Part shown: in pieces, positions 1 to 14,253 of the stretch
Numbering within the stretch: position 1 is the first letter of the stretch
Layout: every line of letters begins with the position of its first letter
Origin: Cenococcum geophilum
Lineage: Eukaryota
Length of the DNA: 64,000 bases
Direction: 5' to 3'
Assembly (NCBI GenBank): GCA_050273025.1
Contig: CP158635.1
Location: forward strand, 29,450,001 to 29,514,000
The notes under the pieces: generated by a model
The model's database searches: none
Seen by the model: the letters and a program-made list of their open reading frames with translations, nothing else
What the model was told of the DNA's origin: nothing
Made by a program: the position numbers and the translations under genes

Positions 1-3000
1 ATCTTCTTCTCTACTTTACTCTATAGTATTTATAGAATAAAAGGTACTTAGGGAGCCGTGGAGCCGTATAAGGATAGCATTATTAATCTTAGCCATAGTA
101 TTGTTGCGAATGGTTAGGATAGCGTAAATCGCGGAAGGTATTAGGAGTAGTATATGCCCGTATAAGTAGTTACGGAGGGTATATATACTTGTAGAAGGGT
201 TCCTTAGACCGTAACTAGGCTATACTAGGCGGGATAGTAACGCTGCTAGATAGGGACGTATTGTAGGATAAGCTCTATACCTAAGCTGCAAACCGCTAAT
301 TAGCCTTACCCTAGCAGACATATATATTTAACCGCAGGGATAGTATATAGAAGGTAGGCTAGAGGAACAACCGCTGTAGGCAGGCACCTATAATAGCTAC
401 GCGGTTTTCCTATAGGATAATAGGTAGTATCTAAGTAAAGTCGCCGCCTAAGATAGTAGGGAGTCCGCCAAAGGTAGAGTTGTTAGAATGGACGTCCGTA
501 AGTATACGGTGTATAGCTTTAAAGCAGTAGCGGTGCTGTATTAGTACCTCGTCCTAGATAAGCAGAGAGGTATAGCGTAGAAGCTTGGCTAGATTTAAGC
601 TTTTAAAGATATTGCAAGTAGACTTTTCGTGTAGATTAATAGGTATCTAAAAACGGGAGTAGGCAGTACGGCCGCCGGGTAGTAGGAGGGCGGCGATACT
701 AAAAAAAGCTATGTAAAGAACAACCTTACCGCGTAAGCGGTAGTAGTAGCAGAGGCAGTAATAGAGAAATGTTTTACTAGTGCCTATAGGGCCCTAGAGG
801 AAGAAGCGGGCCGTCTATAAATCCGTATCTATAGCGGCAATAATAGTATTAAAGCACGCTGCCTGATCTGTATTTAGCTGCTAGCGCAGCTTAGTAAACT
901 GGCGTCCTTCCTCTATATAATTATACCGTAGCTCCGCTAAAAGAAGCGGGTTATTTTGCTCCGTGATAATATCCTACTAGTGCTGGAACTAGGGTAGGCT
1001 ATAGTCTATAAGTGTCTTCTAGTAATCTATAAGCATCTAATAGATAAGATATAGGCCGTAATTAAGATAGATATTATTGTCCTCGCTAGCTATAGGAGGA
1101 GCATTAGGTTAGCGGGCCAGAAAGCAAGGCAGATCATTATAGATAGACTGTTTAAAGCGGTCCCATAAAGCAACTGGCTCCGTAATAGGGCCGTAAACTA
1201 AAGCGGTTATAAATAAGGAGCGTAGCTAGGCGCTAGTAGCAAAAACGGCGGCCTCTGTTAAGTAATTAATCTACTTATAGTTATCCTCTAGTAGCCCTAG
1301 GGCCACGCAGGCGGCCTAGAAGGTTAGATAGACTATACTAGCAATAGTACGGAGGTTTTTAAAGGAGGTAGGGCCGGGAACGGATATTAGTAATAGCCGT
1401 AAGTAGAACCTCTCGCCCATAATAGGACTGCAGTAATATATACGGCCTATTATAAGGCCTTACTAGCGTAAACGCCACTCCCGTTGCTTTAGATAAAAGA
1501 TATACTGCTTGGGGAAGTCTTAATATAGGCAGTTACGGCTATCCTTATGCTCCGTATTATACTTAAAGAAGGCCGTTAGTGTAGAGTGAGAGAGCTTAAG
1601 GCGCTGCTGGATCTCCTTAGCGGATTAATTGGGCTAAAAGTATACGGACTGCTTGCCTGGAAGGTGCACCGTAAGCTAGGTTATAGGGGGGGACTCCTTG
1701 TAAATAGAAAGCTTAAATAGCCGCTAAATAGCCTTAGAGGGGCTAATATAACGGCCCTGTAAATACTTATTTACCTTATCACCGTCTATAAGCCGTAAAG
1801 TAGTGCGGTTGTTCCCTTTATATATATATTTATAGATATACTTAACGGACTTTACGGAGGCGTATACCTCAACATTTATATGTGTATAGTACTTTACGGT
1901 TAGATACGGGCAGTACGGAATAATCTAGTGGTTATTTATTTTAAACGTAGCTCTAAGAGGCCCTGGTAAGCGGACAGACCATAACTGCCTATTATTATAA
2001 CGGCGGTATTCTAGATAGCCGTCCTTATATACAACAGTAGTAGGGTTAAAAGGCCTAGGGTACCGCTTTAAGCAGGTTAGCGGAAGGCCTAGCCCTAGCG
2101 TAACTATATAGGGAGCTCGCGGATTCTAGGAGCCGTAAAGGCCGTAAACTATTATTAACTTTATAATCTTAGTAAGTTAACCGGTAGGATTGTCCTCTAG
2201 CTACGGAAGCTTTACGAATATAAAACGGTTAATAATAGCTAGGTTTAGCAGCCTGTCGCAGTTATACGGATATATAAAGAGTAGTAGGTGTAAATAGGGC
2301 AGGCCCCGTTTCTGGTACTTAATAGTTTAGACATAGCCGCAGAACTAGCTAAAGATCTAGACCCGTTTTAGGTTATATAAAAAGTGGTTTAGCTTTAAAT
2401 AGAAGACGCGCACAACTAAATCGGGCCTATCCGTAGCGGTCTGCCTAGGTAGTAGCTCGCGGGTAATCTCGTCCTACTTAGGGTTAGCAGTAAACGTAAT
2501 AAATAGGCTTGGACAGCCGTATTTACGGATAATAGCTATTAAATCCTAATAGCACTGCCCGATAAAGCGAGCTCCGCTAAGAAAGCTTAATAGAAGAACT
2601 ATACGGCGGCCTAATAATTAAGGGTCCAGATCGGCGCGGGTAAGAGTATCCGTAACGCCGTTATATAGCTCCGCACGAAGGGTAGGTTAGTAAGAGCGGA
2701 TCTAGTTAAGCTTATTTTGATTGTATAGCGCCTATATATCTATAACGTACTACTAAAATAGCCGGTAGTAGGTAAAAGGGACCAACTTAGAGTTGTTACG
2801 GATATGTAGGTAGAACTAAAAGTACGCCTACTACGTTAAACGGTCTCATTGGCGGGCTTAATTAGAGTTATATAGTTAAAGACCCTAGTGCCAGCTAGTA
2901 TTACCACGGGGGAAGAGCAGTATGTAGTAGAGCGGCATATATACGGTATGCGTTAAGTTAATACAGCAGTACCGCGGCTGCTTATTAGGCGCATAACGCT

Positions 3001-3689
3001 CCATAAGTACAATATCGCGGAAGCTAGTATTATTATACTTATCTAGTATAATAACGGCCACCTTATTACTTATTAGGAGGTTCTTACGGCACCGATTAGC
3101 ACCAGCCTCTAAGATAAGCCGCATCTATAGGTTTAAGATAATCCGCAACGGGGTCGTTATAGGCTAAGCCTAAAGCCGTTCCCTTGCGGTTTAATAGCGG
3201 GCGATAAAAGGGTTCTGTACCTTAGATAGCATAGCAGTAAGGCACCGTAGAATGGCTATATCTAGCTAGGTATTAGGACGGGCCTACAGCCGGACATTTG
3301 TGGTATAACTGGGGTTGTAAAAGTACAGCTACATATACCGCGGAACAGCGTTAGTAGGAGGCTCTAGCGGGCCTTATAGATAGTAAAGCTTACTATATAT
3401 TTAAAAGCAATTTGGGCCGCCCTAAGCTATACTATAGTTAGTAACGGTATAGTTTACGGACGTAAAAGCCAACGCTATATTGTATAGGCGGAGCCGCTCC
3501 CTAAACTGCCTAGCGGAAGTACTACGGGACTCTAAAAGGTTATGTAAATAGTCTGGCGGAGGCTAGAATAGAGGGAGGTTTACGTTACTATGCTTACAGT
3601 AGGCTTTAAACTGTAGATTACTAGGCTACGATATACTAATACGTTTATTAATCTAATATAGGGCCGCGTAGAAGTTATAGGCGACGTCT

Positions 3690-3890
3690 ATAGGACCAAG
3701 ATCTAGCTACTCCGTAATAGGGCGGGCGGTAGTAATTAGACTATAATCTAGTTGCTCCGCAATAGGGCGGGCTATAATAATAGGCCTAATATCTAACTGG
3801 CCTATAATAGGGCGGGCCGTGGCGGGCCGTGGCTGGATTAATACGGGCAGTCGCGGCTGGATTAGTATAGGCGGTCGCTAGATTGATACG
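3690..3890 (-). repeat. ~48-bp coding tandem repeats in the Helitron N-terminal region
   Basis: Repeated atctagctactccgtaatagggcgg units; equivalent units at ~37550-37700 in copy 2. Confidence 0.7.
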
Positions 3891-4359
3891 GGCGGTATAA
3901 GGGGAGAGGTAGCGGCGGAGGCAGCGGCGGAGGCAGCGGCGGAAGTAGTAGCGGCTGTAGTTTGGGGTATAGGCTGCGAAAGGTCCGCTAAAGGTCGTCA
4001 AGACCGTCTATTTCTTTTCTTCTATATAGAGTTAGAAAGGTAGTAAGTTAAAAAGGAGTAAACAAAGAATTAACCCTATAATAGTTATAGGTCTTATACG
4101 GAGCTCTATAACGGTTTATTGCGAAGTTAGTAGAAGAGTAATACTGCTTATAGGTAGTGTAAAATATACGATCGGAAGGCATTTAGGCGATAGATAGGGA
4201 GTAGTAGCAACTGCGGTAGAAGGTAGAGAGCAGTAAGGGGTAGAATTTAAGGTCGCGAGGTTAGGAATTTAATGGGGTAGTACGGTCCCTTAGCACGGTC
4301 CCTTATTACATAACCCGACACACAACAACCAATTAAAAAACCTTAACACAGTATATTAT

Positions 4360-4409
4360 AAGAAGAAGAAAGAAGATAAGGAGAAGAAGAAGAAGATAAA
4401 AGAAGAAGA
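4360..4409. repeat. (GAA)n-rich tract at the Helitron 5' terminus
   Basis: agaagaagaaagaagataaggagaagaagaagaagataaaagaagaaga; absent from the equivalent G1 host position (~50283) and from the 5' end of Helitron copy 2. Confidence 0.8.
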
Positions 4410-7097
4410 TTATCTACCTAATAAGTGAGGAAGAATATAAAAAATATATTAAATGGGTCTTAGAGAGACTGTAGGAAGAATAAATGCTAGTAGTAATTAA
4501 GAAATATAAGTTCTTTACTAGGAAGACAGATTTTATTAGATTTATTATTAAACTAGGCTAACTTAGTATAGATCTAAAAAAGATTAAGGCTATAGTAAAT
4601 TAGTAAAAACTAAAGAATGTTACGCAGCTAAGATTGTTTCTAGGGTTCTGCAATTACTATAAAAGGTTTATAGCTTAATAGTTAAAGGATATTAAGCTAT
4701 TTATAAGGTTAATAAAAAAAGAAGAACCTTAGGTATAAGGAGAAGAGTAGAGGGAGCTATTTAAAAAGGTTAAGGAGTTATTTATTTAAGACTTAATCCT
4801 TAAAATCTTCCAACCAAAGTTAGAGATAGTGGTTAAGATAAATATATTAAACTTTATACTAGTAGTGTGCTTTCTATAGAAATATAAGAATAGATAACAC
4901 CTAGTAGCATACTATAGTCAGAAGATAATACTACTATAATATCTATAACATCTATAATAAGGAGTTATTAGGTATAGTTATAGTACTTTAAAAATAGAGA
5001 GCATTCTTATAAGGTATAGAAAAACTATTTATAGTTAAAACGGATTATAAGAACCTAACTGGGTTTTTAATAATAAAAGAACTTAATTAAAGATAGGTTA
5101 GATAGGCAGAGATACTTATAGAATACTATTTTAAGATTTAGTATACTAAGGGTACAGACTATATATAAGTAGATGCTCTAAGTAAAAAGGCTAAATTATA
5201 AAATAATAAAAAGCTATTAGGGGCTTTACTGCAAAAAGACATAGACGGATTAATTAGGTATAATTATCTAAAAATTATAGCAACTTAAGAAAGTAAATTA
5301 GAAAGAGTTTATAAGATACTAGAAAGCTTTTAGGTATAAAGAATTCTAAAAGCATAGCTAGAAGATCTATAGATGGATATATATAAAAATTAAGAAGCGA
5401 GGTATATCCTAAGAAGTATAGCAGAGTATTTTATAGAAGACTTTTATAAAGGAATAACTTAAGAACACAACGGAGCTATAGGCTTAGTGTTAAGACTTTA
5501 AAAGGAGTATATTATTAATAGAATCTAGGGACTAGTATAAAAAGTTATAAAGGAATATCTAGATTACTAAAGGAATAAACTAATAAGGTATAAGCTATAT
5601 GAAGAGCTATAACCTATTAAAATACTAAAAAGACTATAGGAGGTTATATTATAGGACTTTATTATAAAGTTACTAAAGTTAAGAGATTCTATTACTGGAT
5701 AAGATTATAACGCGATTTTAGTAATAGTAGACAAGCTAATAAAGTAGGGATACTTTATAGCATATATAAAAGAAATCTTAGCGAAAGATATCGCTAGAAT
5801 TTATATTAAAAAAGTATTCGTAAGGCATAGAGCACTAAGTAAAATTATATCGGATAGGGATTTAAGATTTGTAGTAGTATTTTAGGAAGTATCCCTAGCG
5901 GAACAAAGAGTTTAAGTAGTAACTTCTATTATATATTACCCGCAGATAGACAGTTAAACGGAAAAATTAAACTAAATACTAGAGCAGTATCTAAGGTATT
6001 ATATTAATTACGGATAGAATAATTAGGTATTACTATTATTAGTTATATAGTTTACATATAATGCAACACCTTAAGAAGGAATAGGTATATTACTATTTAA
6101 GGCGAATTATAGATATAAGCTAAGAATATTATTATCGCCACATTAAGTAAAGAAGATAAGTAGTATAGCTAAGTAAAGGATAAAGGATTTAATAAATCTT
6201 TATATAAACTTTACGGAAATAGCTAAGGTGGTATAGTAAAGAATAAAAAGGTACTATAACGCTAAGAGATCTAAGGGACTAGATCTTAAGGAGGGAGATA
6301 AAGTATAGCTATTATACAAAATTTTTAAAAGTTAATGACTAAGTAAGAAGTTAGACTACGTTAGACTAGGACCTTTTAAAATTACGTAAAGAATTTTACT
6401 AGTTATATTTAAGTTAAACCTACTAGCTAAGATAAAGATCTACCCTATATAGTATATTACGATACTAGAGCTAGTATATAGAGATATTAAGCCACTTGTT
6501 TATAAGGCAGATATATATAAAGGACAAGAAGAAGACAAATAGTAAGTTTTAAAGATTATTAGTTATAAAGATATTAACAATAAAATATAGTATAAAGTTA
6601 AGTGGATAGGCTATAATAAGACTACCTAGGAGCTACTAGGAAATCTAAAAAACGCTATAGGAAAGGTATAGGAGTATTAAAAGAAAACAGGTTAGGCAGT
6701 ATTAATAAGGAAAAATTGCTAAAAAATAAGTTACCTAAAAGGGACCTAGAAGGAGCGACTGCCAAACTACTTAGAGTTATTTCCCTCTCTATTAGAAGAA
6801 GACCTATCCTTTTATTACTAAGTTCCTATAAACCCTATTCTATAAGTTTCTACTCCTTAAAATAAACCTTTTTATAAACTTTTTTAAGATAAAGTAAACA
6901 AGTAAATGCCGCGATATAAGTATCTAAGGCCTTCTATTCTGCATTATAAGAACACTTAAGCTTAGCTAGGGCCTACGCTAGGTCACTATTAAGCTTCGCA
7001 GTAGTAGATTAAACACGAGACCCTATAATAAATTACTTAGGGAACTTAATAACTATTAAAAGTTATAGGACGCGTATATTTGGCGTTAGAAGTAGAA

Positions 7098-7308
7098 TAT
7101 TACGGCTTAAATAAATGCCTCTAAACCGAAGCTTAAACGAATACTGTATTACGAAGATACTAAGCTAAAGAGAAGGAAAGGGGGTCGCTAGGACCAATGT
7201 AAACAAATATATAGGGTGAGCCGCTAAGGCGCTAGCTTTGGGCGGGCCAATCGCAGGTCGGCAGAATATGGTAGAATTTGGCAGGTAACGTGCAATAGCG
7301 CCGTTACA
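7098..7308 (-). repeat. G2 3' LTR
   Basis: Near-identical to 16786-16996; TG..CA-type termini partly RIPped. Confidence 0.95.
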
Positions 7309-10300
7309 TTACCCCCCTCTTTAAAAGAAAGCCTGCCCTTAGGCTTAGTTAGAAAAAATAGGGTAGCACTAGGCTTATAAACGTAGGATTATAAAAATAT
7401 AAGATAAGGAGATAAAGGGGATATAAGTCCGTCCTAACTAAGTATAAAGGGCGATTATGGGCTAAGTGGAAGCACTAGGCTAGAAAGAGTAGCCGCTAAA
7501 AGTCTTAGCACGGATCTAACTAATTAGACAACTTTAACTGGCGGTTAAAGTTCCTAGACATCTGAAATTTTATAATACTAGCAGAAAACGGCAGAATATA
7601 GCAGAATTTAGCAGACAGCTGTATTAGGGCTTTAGGGCGTTTTTGTTCCTATATTCTTTCGGTAACTTATTATCTTTATTATGCTAGCATTTTATCTATT
7701 CGTCTAGGTACTTCGGGGGTCTAGGCGTATTAGGGTATTAGTTATAGAATTCTTTAAGCTTCTAGGGGTAGCCTATAAAGTTCCACGTAGGGTACTAGGT
7801 TAGGTTAGGATCGTAGCCCTTCCATTAGATATGGTATTTTAGCGCTCCCTATACTATCTTGCAGGCCAGTATTTTATTAACCTCCTATTTATTATTACCG
7901 TTTACTTAAACTAGTAGGAGAGGCTCGTTCTTTTATCTAGGCAATAGGTTGTTTATAGCTTTCCATAACTTATCTAGTAAGAAAATAGGGTAAACCCTAA
8001 TTAAGTCTGGGAGCTTTATCTTATATAAGTTGCCTATCTTTTTAAGAACCTTATACGGTCCTACTATCTAGTAGTCTAGCTTACGGCTAGGTCGTTCGGT
8101 TCTCTAATTCCTTATTATAACCTAGACTATATCGCTAGGGGTAAAATCGGGCTCTTAACGGTGTTTATTCGCCTGCTATTCTATTAACCTTTAAGCTTTT
8201 TCTAGGTTCTCTCGGGCTACCGTCTAGGCCTCCTCTAATTATTTAGCGTACTATTAGGCCTTAGTATAGGATAGCTTCTCTTATATAGTCTAGGGTTCTT
8301 CTAGCCTTTTCCAGTTAAAGCTTATATAGGGTAAGTATCCTATTTCCAGCTAAATTAGGGCAAACCCTATAGAGTTATAGGGTAGGGTTGCTTGCGCGTA
8401 GTCTATTAAGGGTAGTAGTTTAAACTAGTTATCCTAGAAATAGTTAATAAAGGGCCTAAGCCTCTAGTCTAGGTACTAATTTATAATCTCTATCTAACCG
8501 TCTGTCTAGGGGTAATAAGCTATAGAAAGCTTTAGCTTAATACCTAGGATTTAGGTAAACTTATTTTAGAAGGCCGATATAAACTATAGCCTATAATCGG
8601 ATATAATAGTATCTAATAGTCCGTAGATTTGGTAGACGTAATAGATATATAGCTAGGCTGCCTCTTTAGCATTAATGTTTTTGTAATATGGAATTAAAAA
8701 CGGGCGTTTACTAAAGCGGTTAACTATAACTATAACCATATTATATCCGTTACGGTCCCTAGGTAGTTTATAAAAGTCTATAAAGATATACTACTAAGGG
8801 CGCTCTAGTATTAGGAGTAGCTTAAGTAGTCTTAGGGTCTTATCCTGTAGGATTATAGCTCTCTAGTAGTCTTCGCAGTTCCGTATATATTAATTAATAT
8901 CCACAACTATTCTTAGCTAGTAGTAGCGGCAGTTAATAATTTTATAGGTCTTATTCTTGCTAGGGTATGCTATAAAGACTTAGTAATAAGCTTCGCGGAT
9001 TAGTTTAGTTCGTAGATTATTAATATTAGGGATTATAAGCCGCTCCTAGTATAGAAGCAATCCTTCCTTTATCTTAAAATTAGGGTCTCCTTTTACGGCT
9101 TATTCGCGGAGGGCCCTTAGGGCGTTAGCTATACGGTTTATAGTTAAAAGGCGGTTAATTAGCCCTATTAGCTTATCTAAGGACTCCTCTATTAGTGCTA
9201 GCTCGTTTTACTAGGAGTCTAGCTCCTTAAGGATCCGTAGATTAAGCTATTCTAGATAGAGGAGGGCGCGCGTCCGATATTAGGTCTTTAGCTTATCCTA
9301 GGGTTTTACATCTTATTTTCTTTGGGTTAGGGTATTAGCCTTAGAGTTTTACTTGCTAGAATAATATATAATTATAAAGAAGAATTAGGAGAGTATTTTA
9401 GCCTACTAGGCTTATTACCCTATAAGCAGCTTTATAGTTATAAAGTACTCTAGGGCTTTATAATCTATATATATCTTAATCTAAGAGTTCGTACCTTTAA
9501 GCTCTACGCGCTATTAGAAAAGTAATTAAATAATAGCTAGCATTTCTTTATTATATACTTTATAGTTATATTTAGCCGGGTCTATTATCTTTAAGAAGAA
9601 AGCTATAGGGTACTATTTGCCGTCTAGATATAACTATAATAGGATTCCCGCTATAACCCTATTAGAGGCGTCTGTTTCTAGCATTAATTTAAGGTCTAGG
9701 TTATAGTAATAAAGAATTAGGGAAGAGATAAGCCAATCCTTTACCTCTTTAAAGGCCTCTATGTAGCTATTATTAAAGATAAAAGGTATATCCTTTCTAG
9801 TTAGTTATATAAGAGGTTTTACCATAATTCCGTAGTTACGGATAAACCGGCGGTAGAAATTATAAAAACTAAGGAAGAACTAGATTCCTTTTACTATATA
9901 AGGGAGCTTCTAATTACGGATTACCTCTATCTTCTTAGGGTTAACCTTAATTCCTTCCATAGTTATAATAAACCCGAGGTATTTTATATGTTTTACCCTA
10001 AACTCGCATTTCTTAATATTAACTTATAAGCCCGCGTTCTATAGCCTCTCCAGGACCTTCTTAATATAAACTTAATACTTAAGTTTATCGTCTAAGTATA
10101 TAAGAATATTATCTAGGTATACTATGCAGAATTTGTTAAGGTAATTAAAAAGAACGTTATTTATATACCTTTGGTACGTAGCCGGTCCGTTTATTAGTCT
10201 AAAAGGAAGAACTTTATATTTATAGGAACTATAGCGGGTACGGAACGTTATTAAATCTTTAAATATAGGGTTTATTCTAATTTGGTAGAAAGCTTAGCGG

Positions 10301-10559
10301 ATATTAAGTTTAGTAAAGATCTTTACCTAGCTTAGACGTGTAAGGGTCTTGTTAATTAAAGGAATAGGATACCGGTTCTTTTAAGTAATAGCATTTAGCT
10401 TTTAATAGTCGATATAAAAATAAAGGCCTTTATTAGGCTTTTTTATAAATAGAATAGGGGAAGTAAAAGGGGCTTAACTTAGCTTAATAAACCCTTTATC
10501 CAGGTTATTAATTAAGTATTACTTTATTACTTTTAGCTTATCCATTAATTAATAGTAGA

Positions 10560-13500
10560 TATCCATTATACAGTATAACTGCGGCAACACAAACCACCGC
10601 CTCGCAAGGCCCCTACTAGACAGTCTAGACCTAGAGAAACACTATATCCTTGCTATACAAGAACCGTATTACAATACCTTTACACAATTGATATACTGCC
10701 CCTGAGGATTCCAGCTCCTATATGAACCAAAAGCAGCCACATACGTGTGCTTTATGATTAGTAAGGCTATTAGCCTGTCCTTATGGTCATGGCAGGCAGT
10801 TAACCCAGATATTGTAGTTATAACAATCCAAACATATAGGGGACCGGTATAAATTATTAATGTGTATAACCCTAGGGTTGAAGGGGTCCTATAAATAGAG
10901 AATATTATATCGGCAATAAGCTTACTGGAAACCGAAGGTATAGAGTTTATCCTACTAGGAGACATGAACCTCTACTACCTACGGTGGGGGGGTATCTATG
11001 TTGCTGCAGATCAACAGTTAGAGTGCCTACTAAGAGCTATGGATATCTGGGGCCTTAAGCTAGCTACCCCCCCAGGAGCAATTATATGGCAACGAGGCAC
11101 CGCCAGAAGTATAATTGACCTTATATTTATGGACGAAGGCCTATACCAGAGACTTAAAAGGTGCAACCCCGAAGAAGAATGGGCACTTACCCTAGACTAT
11201 ATCCCTATCTAGATATAGCTAGACCTAGATACTAAAGCGCAACTAAATAGAAAAAGATATGTAATAAGGAAGCTTAAGATAAATAGTTTCCTTAATGTAG
11301 TTGAACAACAACTTTAAGACCTAGAAGAAATCCACCTAATACCAAACGAGCGAGGCTTATTGGCCACCCCTGAGGAAATTAACCGAAGACTAGAAAGGAT
11401 CCAGGCAGCGATTAAAAATGGGCTGGAAGAGCACTGCCCGATCTTAAAACCGGGCCCCTACGCGCGACACGCATAGTCCACATAATGCGCAGTTCTGGTT
11501 GCTAGCCAACGACGAGCAAGAAGGAAATATATAAGTAGCTACGACCCTAAAGACGAGAGACGATATAAAGACACAAGAAACCAGCTAAAGAATACCCTAA
11601 AAAAAGAAGCAAGGAATAACTGGAGACGGTTTATAAACGAGCATACTTCTAACCTAAGCCTCCCCCATAATAAGGGCCTTTGGGCTATGGCGAAATGGGT
11701 AAAGAAAAAGGTAGGGCGCCTAGCAGAAGACCTATACCTACCACCCCTACGAAAAGCAGGAGAATTATAGGCCATAAACGATAACGATAAGAAGGCAAAG
11801 ATCCTTATAGAAAGGTTCTTCCCCTAACTAGCTCTAGCAGACCTCAGTGATATTACGGGCGAAACACTGGTAACTCGCCTGCGGGTTAACAGCGATATGA
11901 CAACAGAGGAAATGGCTAGAACTATTAGCCGCCTTTTAAATAATATAGTACTAGGACCAGATGGGATTCTAAATGAGGCCCTAAAAACCTGTGGGCCACT
12001 TATAGCACCTTGGCTTGCAGATATAGCTAGAGCATGCTTTGCTATAGGCTACTACCCGCGACTCGGAAGATCTATAACGACGGTTGTCCTATGAAAAGAA
12101 GGTAAAGCAGATTACTTAATCCTAGGAAGCTACCGCCCTATTGCCTTAGAAAACACCCTTAGTAAGATCTTAGAAAGGGTAATAGCGGAACGTATAGCAG
12201 ACACGGTAGAGGAACACGCCCTACTACTATAAAGCCAAATGGGGGCAAGAAAGAACCGCTTAATACTATTAGCACTTACGCTACTCGCTGCCACTATTAA
12301 ATCTGCATGGGCGATGCGAAAGGACTTTGTAGTATTAATGCTTAGTCTAGATATTAGTGGTGCCTATAATAATATACCCTATAAGCGTCTCCTACATATC
12401 CTTAGGGCAAAGGGCTTCCTAAAATGGATTATATAATTTGTCTAAGGGTTTACAGGCCAGAAAGAAACATTACTGGTCTTTAGCGGATACTAGAGCCCCC
12501 CTATTATAGTTGCAACAGAAATACCATAAGGATTACCCCTCTTGCCTATACTCTTCCTTTTCTTTATAAGCAACCTACTTAACTCCTTTAAGGAAGGGGC
12601 GACCCAGGGGATAGGCTTTATTAATGATACAAACCTAATTATATACGGGCCAACAGCCGTAAAGAATTGCAGAACACTAGAGAAAGCCTATAATACTTAT
12701 ATAGAATAGGCAAAACGTTATAGAGTCTAATTCTCACTAGAGAAATACTAGCTAATCCATTTTATAAGAAAACGCAACTAATCTGCAGATCTCTAGCATA
12801 TAATTTGCATCTAAGGCTTTGGGGGTTAACTAGTTTAGGGCCTAAGGGTATTAGGAGTATGGGTAGATAGTAAGCTTTAGTAGAGCGTATATGCGGCGTA
12901 AGCGGCCCGTAAAGGCCAAGTATAGTTTATCGCTTTATCTAGGATTGTTAATTCCACATAGGGTCCATGCTTCTAAAGGTTACGCCTACTATATACAGCA
13001 GTTATCCGGCCAACCATAACATATAAATCCAGTATTTGGGCCATTAAAGAAACTAAGAAGGGCCCCCCTAAATTACTCTTTAAACCACTTCAAAAGGTCT
13101 AAACAGCCTGCCTTTAGAGTATTACAGGCGGGTATAAGCGAACGGCCATAGCACTGCTTAAGAAGGAATCCAATATTCCCCCCCTATAGTTATATATTAA
13201 AGCCGCTGCAATATAAAGGACGTAAAATAAACGCAACTCTAATATTATAAAGTACATTAAGACACGCCTAAGTAAACTATAGAGGGACCCTAGGGTGCCT
13301 TATAGGAGAATAAACCAACAACCCCAAAGTAGGGAAGAGATATTAGAGAAATAGATAAAGAAAGCAGAAGAAAAATAGTGCCGCTTTAGGGCCCAGGCCC
13401 ATATAGAGGAGAAAGGGAGACGCATAAGAGGTTAGCAAAGACAATAGCAAGATAGAGAAAGGAGCTAAAGTAGAACACGTAAGAACGCCGGGAAACTATC

Positions 13501-14253
13501 TACCGTAATACAATACTGGTTGGACCAACGCTGGAGAGGTAAATAGGAGTTAAAGGTATAGAGGCTAACTTAGGCAAGACGAACCTAAGCTATAGTATGG
13601 TTAACGCTATAGGGGGTAAATACCTAAGGGCTCTAAGAAGGCCTAATAAAGGCAGAAAATATAATAGCAATACTCTTAAGAACAGGAATAATAGGACTAA
13701 AAGATTGGCTTTACTGGGTAGGTGTCCTAGTAGGTAGCCCAAGATACAAATGTGGCTGGCTAAGACAGACACTAAAATACGTAATACTGCTATGCCCCCT
13801 ACGCACCAATTAAGAAATAATGCTCTTAGCAGCTAGCATAGAGAACTATAATACACTGCTCTTAACATAAAAAGGCCTTAAGGCGGTCACCCAGTGGCTT
13901 ATTAGTTAAAATATGCTAAATTAGTTCCGGGTTGCAAGGGAAATGGTAATAGAAGGCAAGGGGGCAAGCAGTAGGTGCCCCCTAGTAACTCTACAGTAGT
14001 AGAGTAATAGTTTGTAATACTAGCGCGTCCGTAGGCTTGTTACGGCAGCAGTGGTTCCTAAGGAGGTTAAATAGTAAGGTAGTAGAGCACCATAGGCGAC
14101 TCACAGGCGCTAAGTAGGCGAGTCCTAAAAGGCGGGGAGATGGATTATGGGGTTTTCTTATTTTTCTTAAATAGAGTTTTCTCCCCATATGTAAATAAGG
14201 AGTAGTCCGCGTGGGCCTAATAGGGATCCAAATCGGACGTTAAGCAATGAATT
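10560..14253 (+). mobile_element. Tad1-like LINE copy 1, 5'-truncated (ORF2: APE endonuclease, RT, C-terminal CCHC; 3' UTR; ATT tail)
   Basis: SIIQYNC at 10560; LLGDMNL and SIIDLIF endonuclease motifs; GPDGI, YRPIALENTLSKILE and LDISGAY RT motifs; ~16-bp TSD attaattaatagtaga (10544-10559 / 14254-14269); reverse complement of the LINE at 55459-61610. Confidence 0.93.

Larger units (their letters stand above)
1..4409 (-). mobile_element. Helitron copy 1 (RIP-degraded Rep/PIF1 helicase); 3' part lies outside the window
   Basis: Minus-strand motifs after RIP reversal: Rep motif 1 LFITFTANP (~2480-2510), motif 2 IEYQKRGLPHLHLL (~2280-2325), motif 3 YIHKYIYKG (~1815-1845), PIF1 Walker A GPAGTGKT (~770-797), WDEV (~545-560). 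ORF 2885..3124 is a Helitron N-terminal fragment. The 5' end is TC at 4409-4408, at an A|T site in the G1 RT region. Confidence 0.92.

Noticed and set aside
13960..14250. Possible ribozyme in the structured LINE 3' UTR
   Set aside because: No hammerhead or HDV core could be identified by eye; a covariance-model search would be needed.
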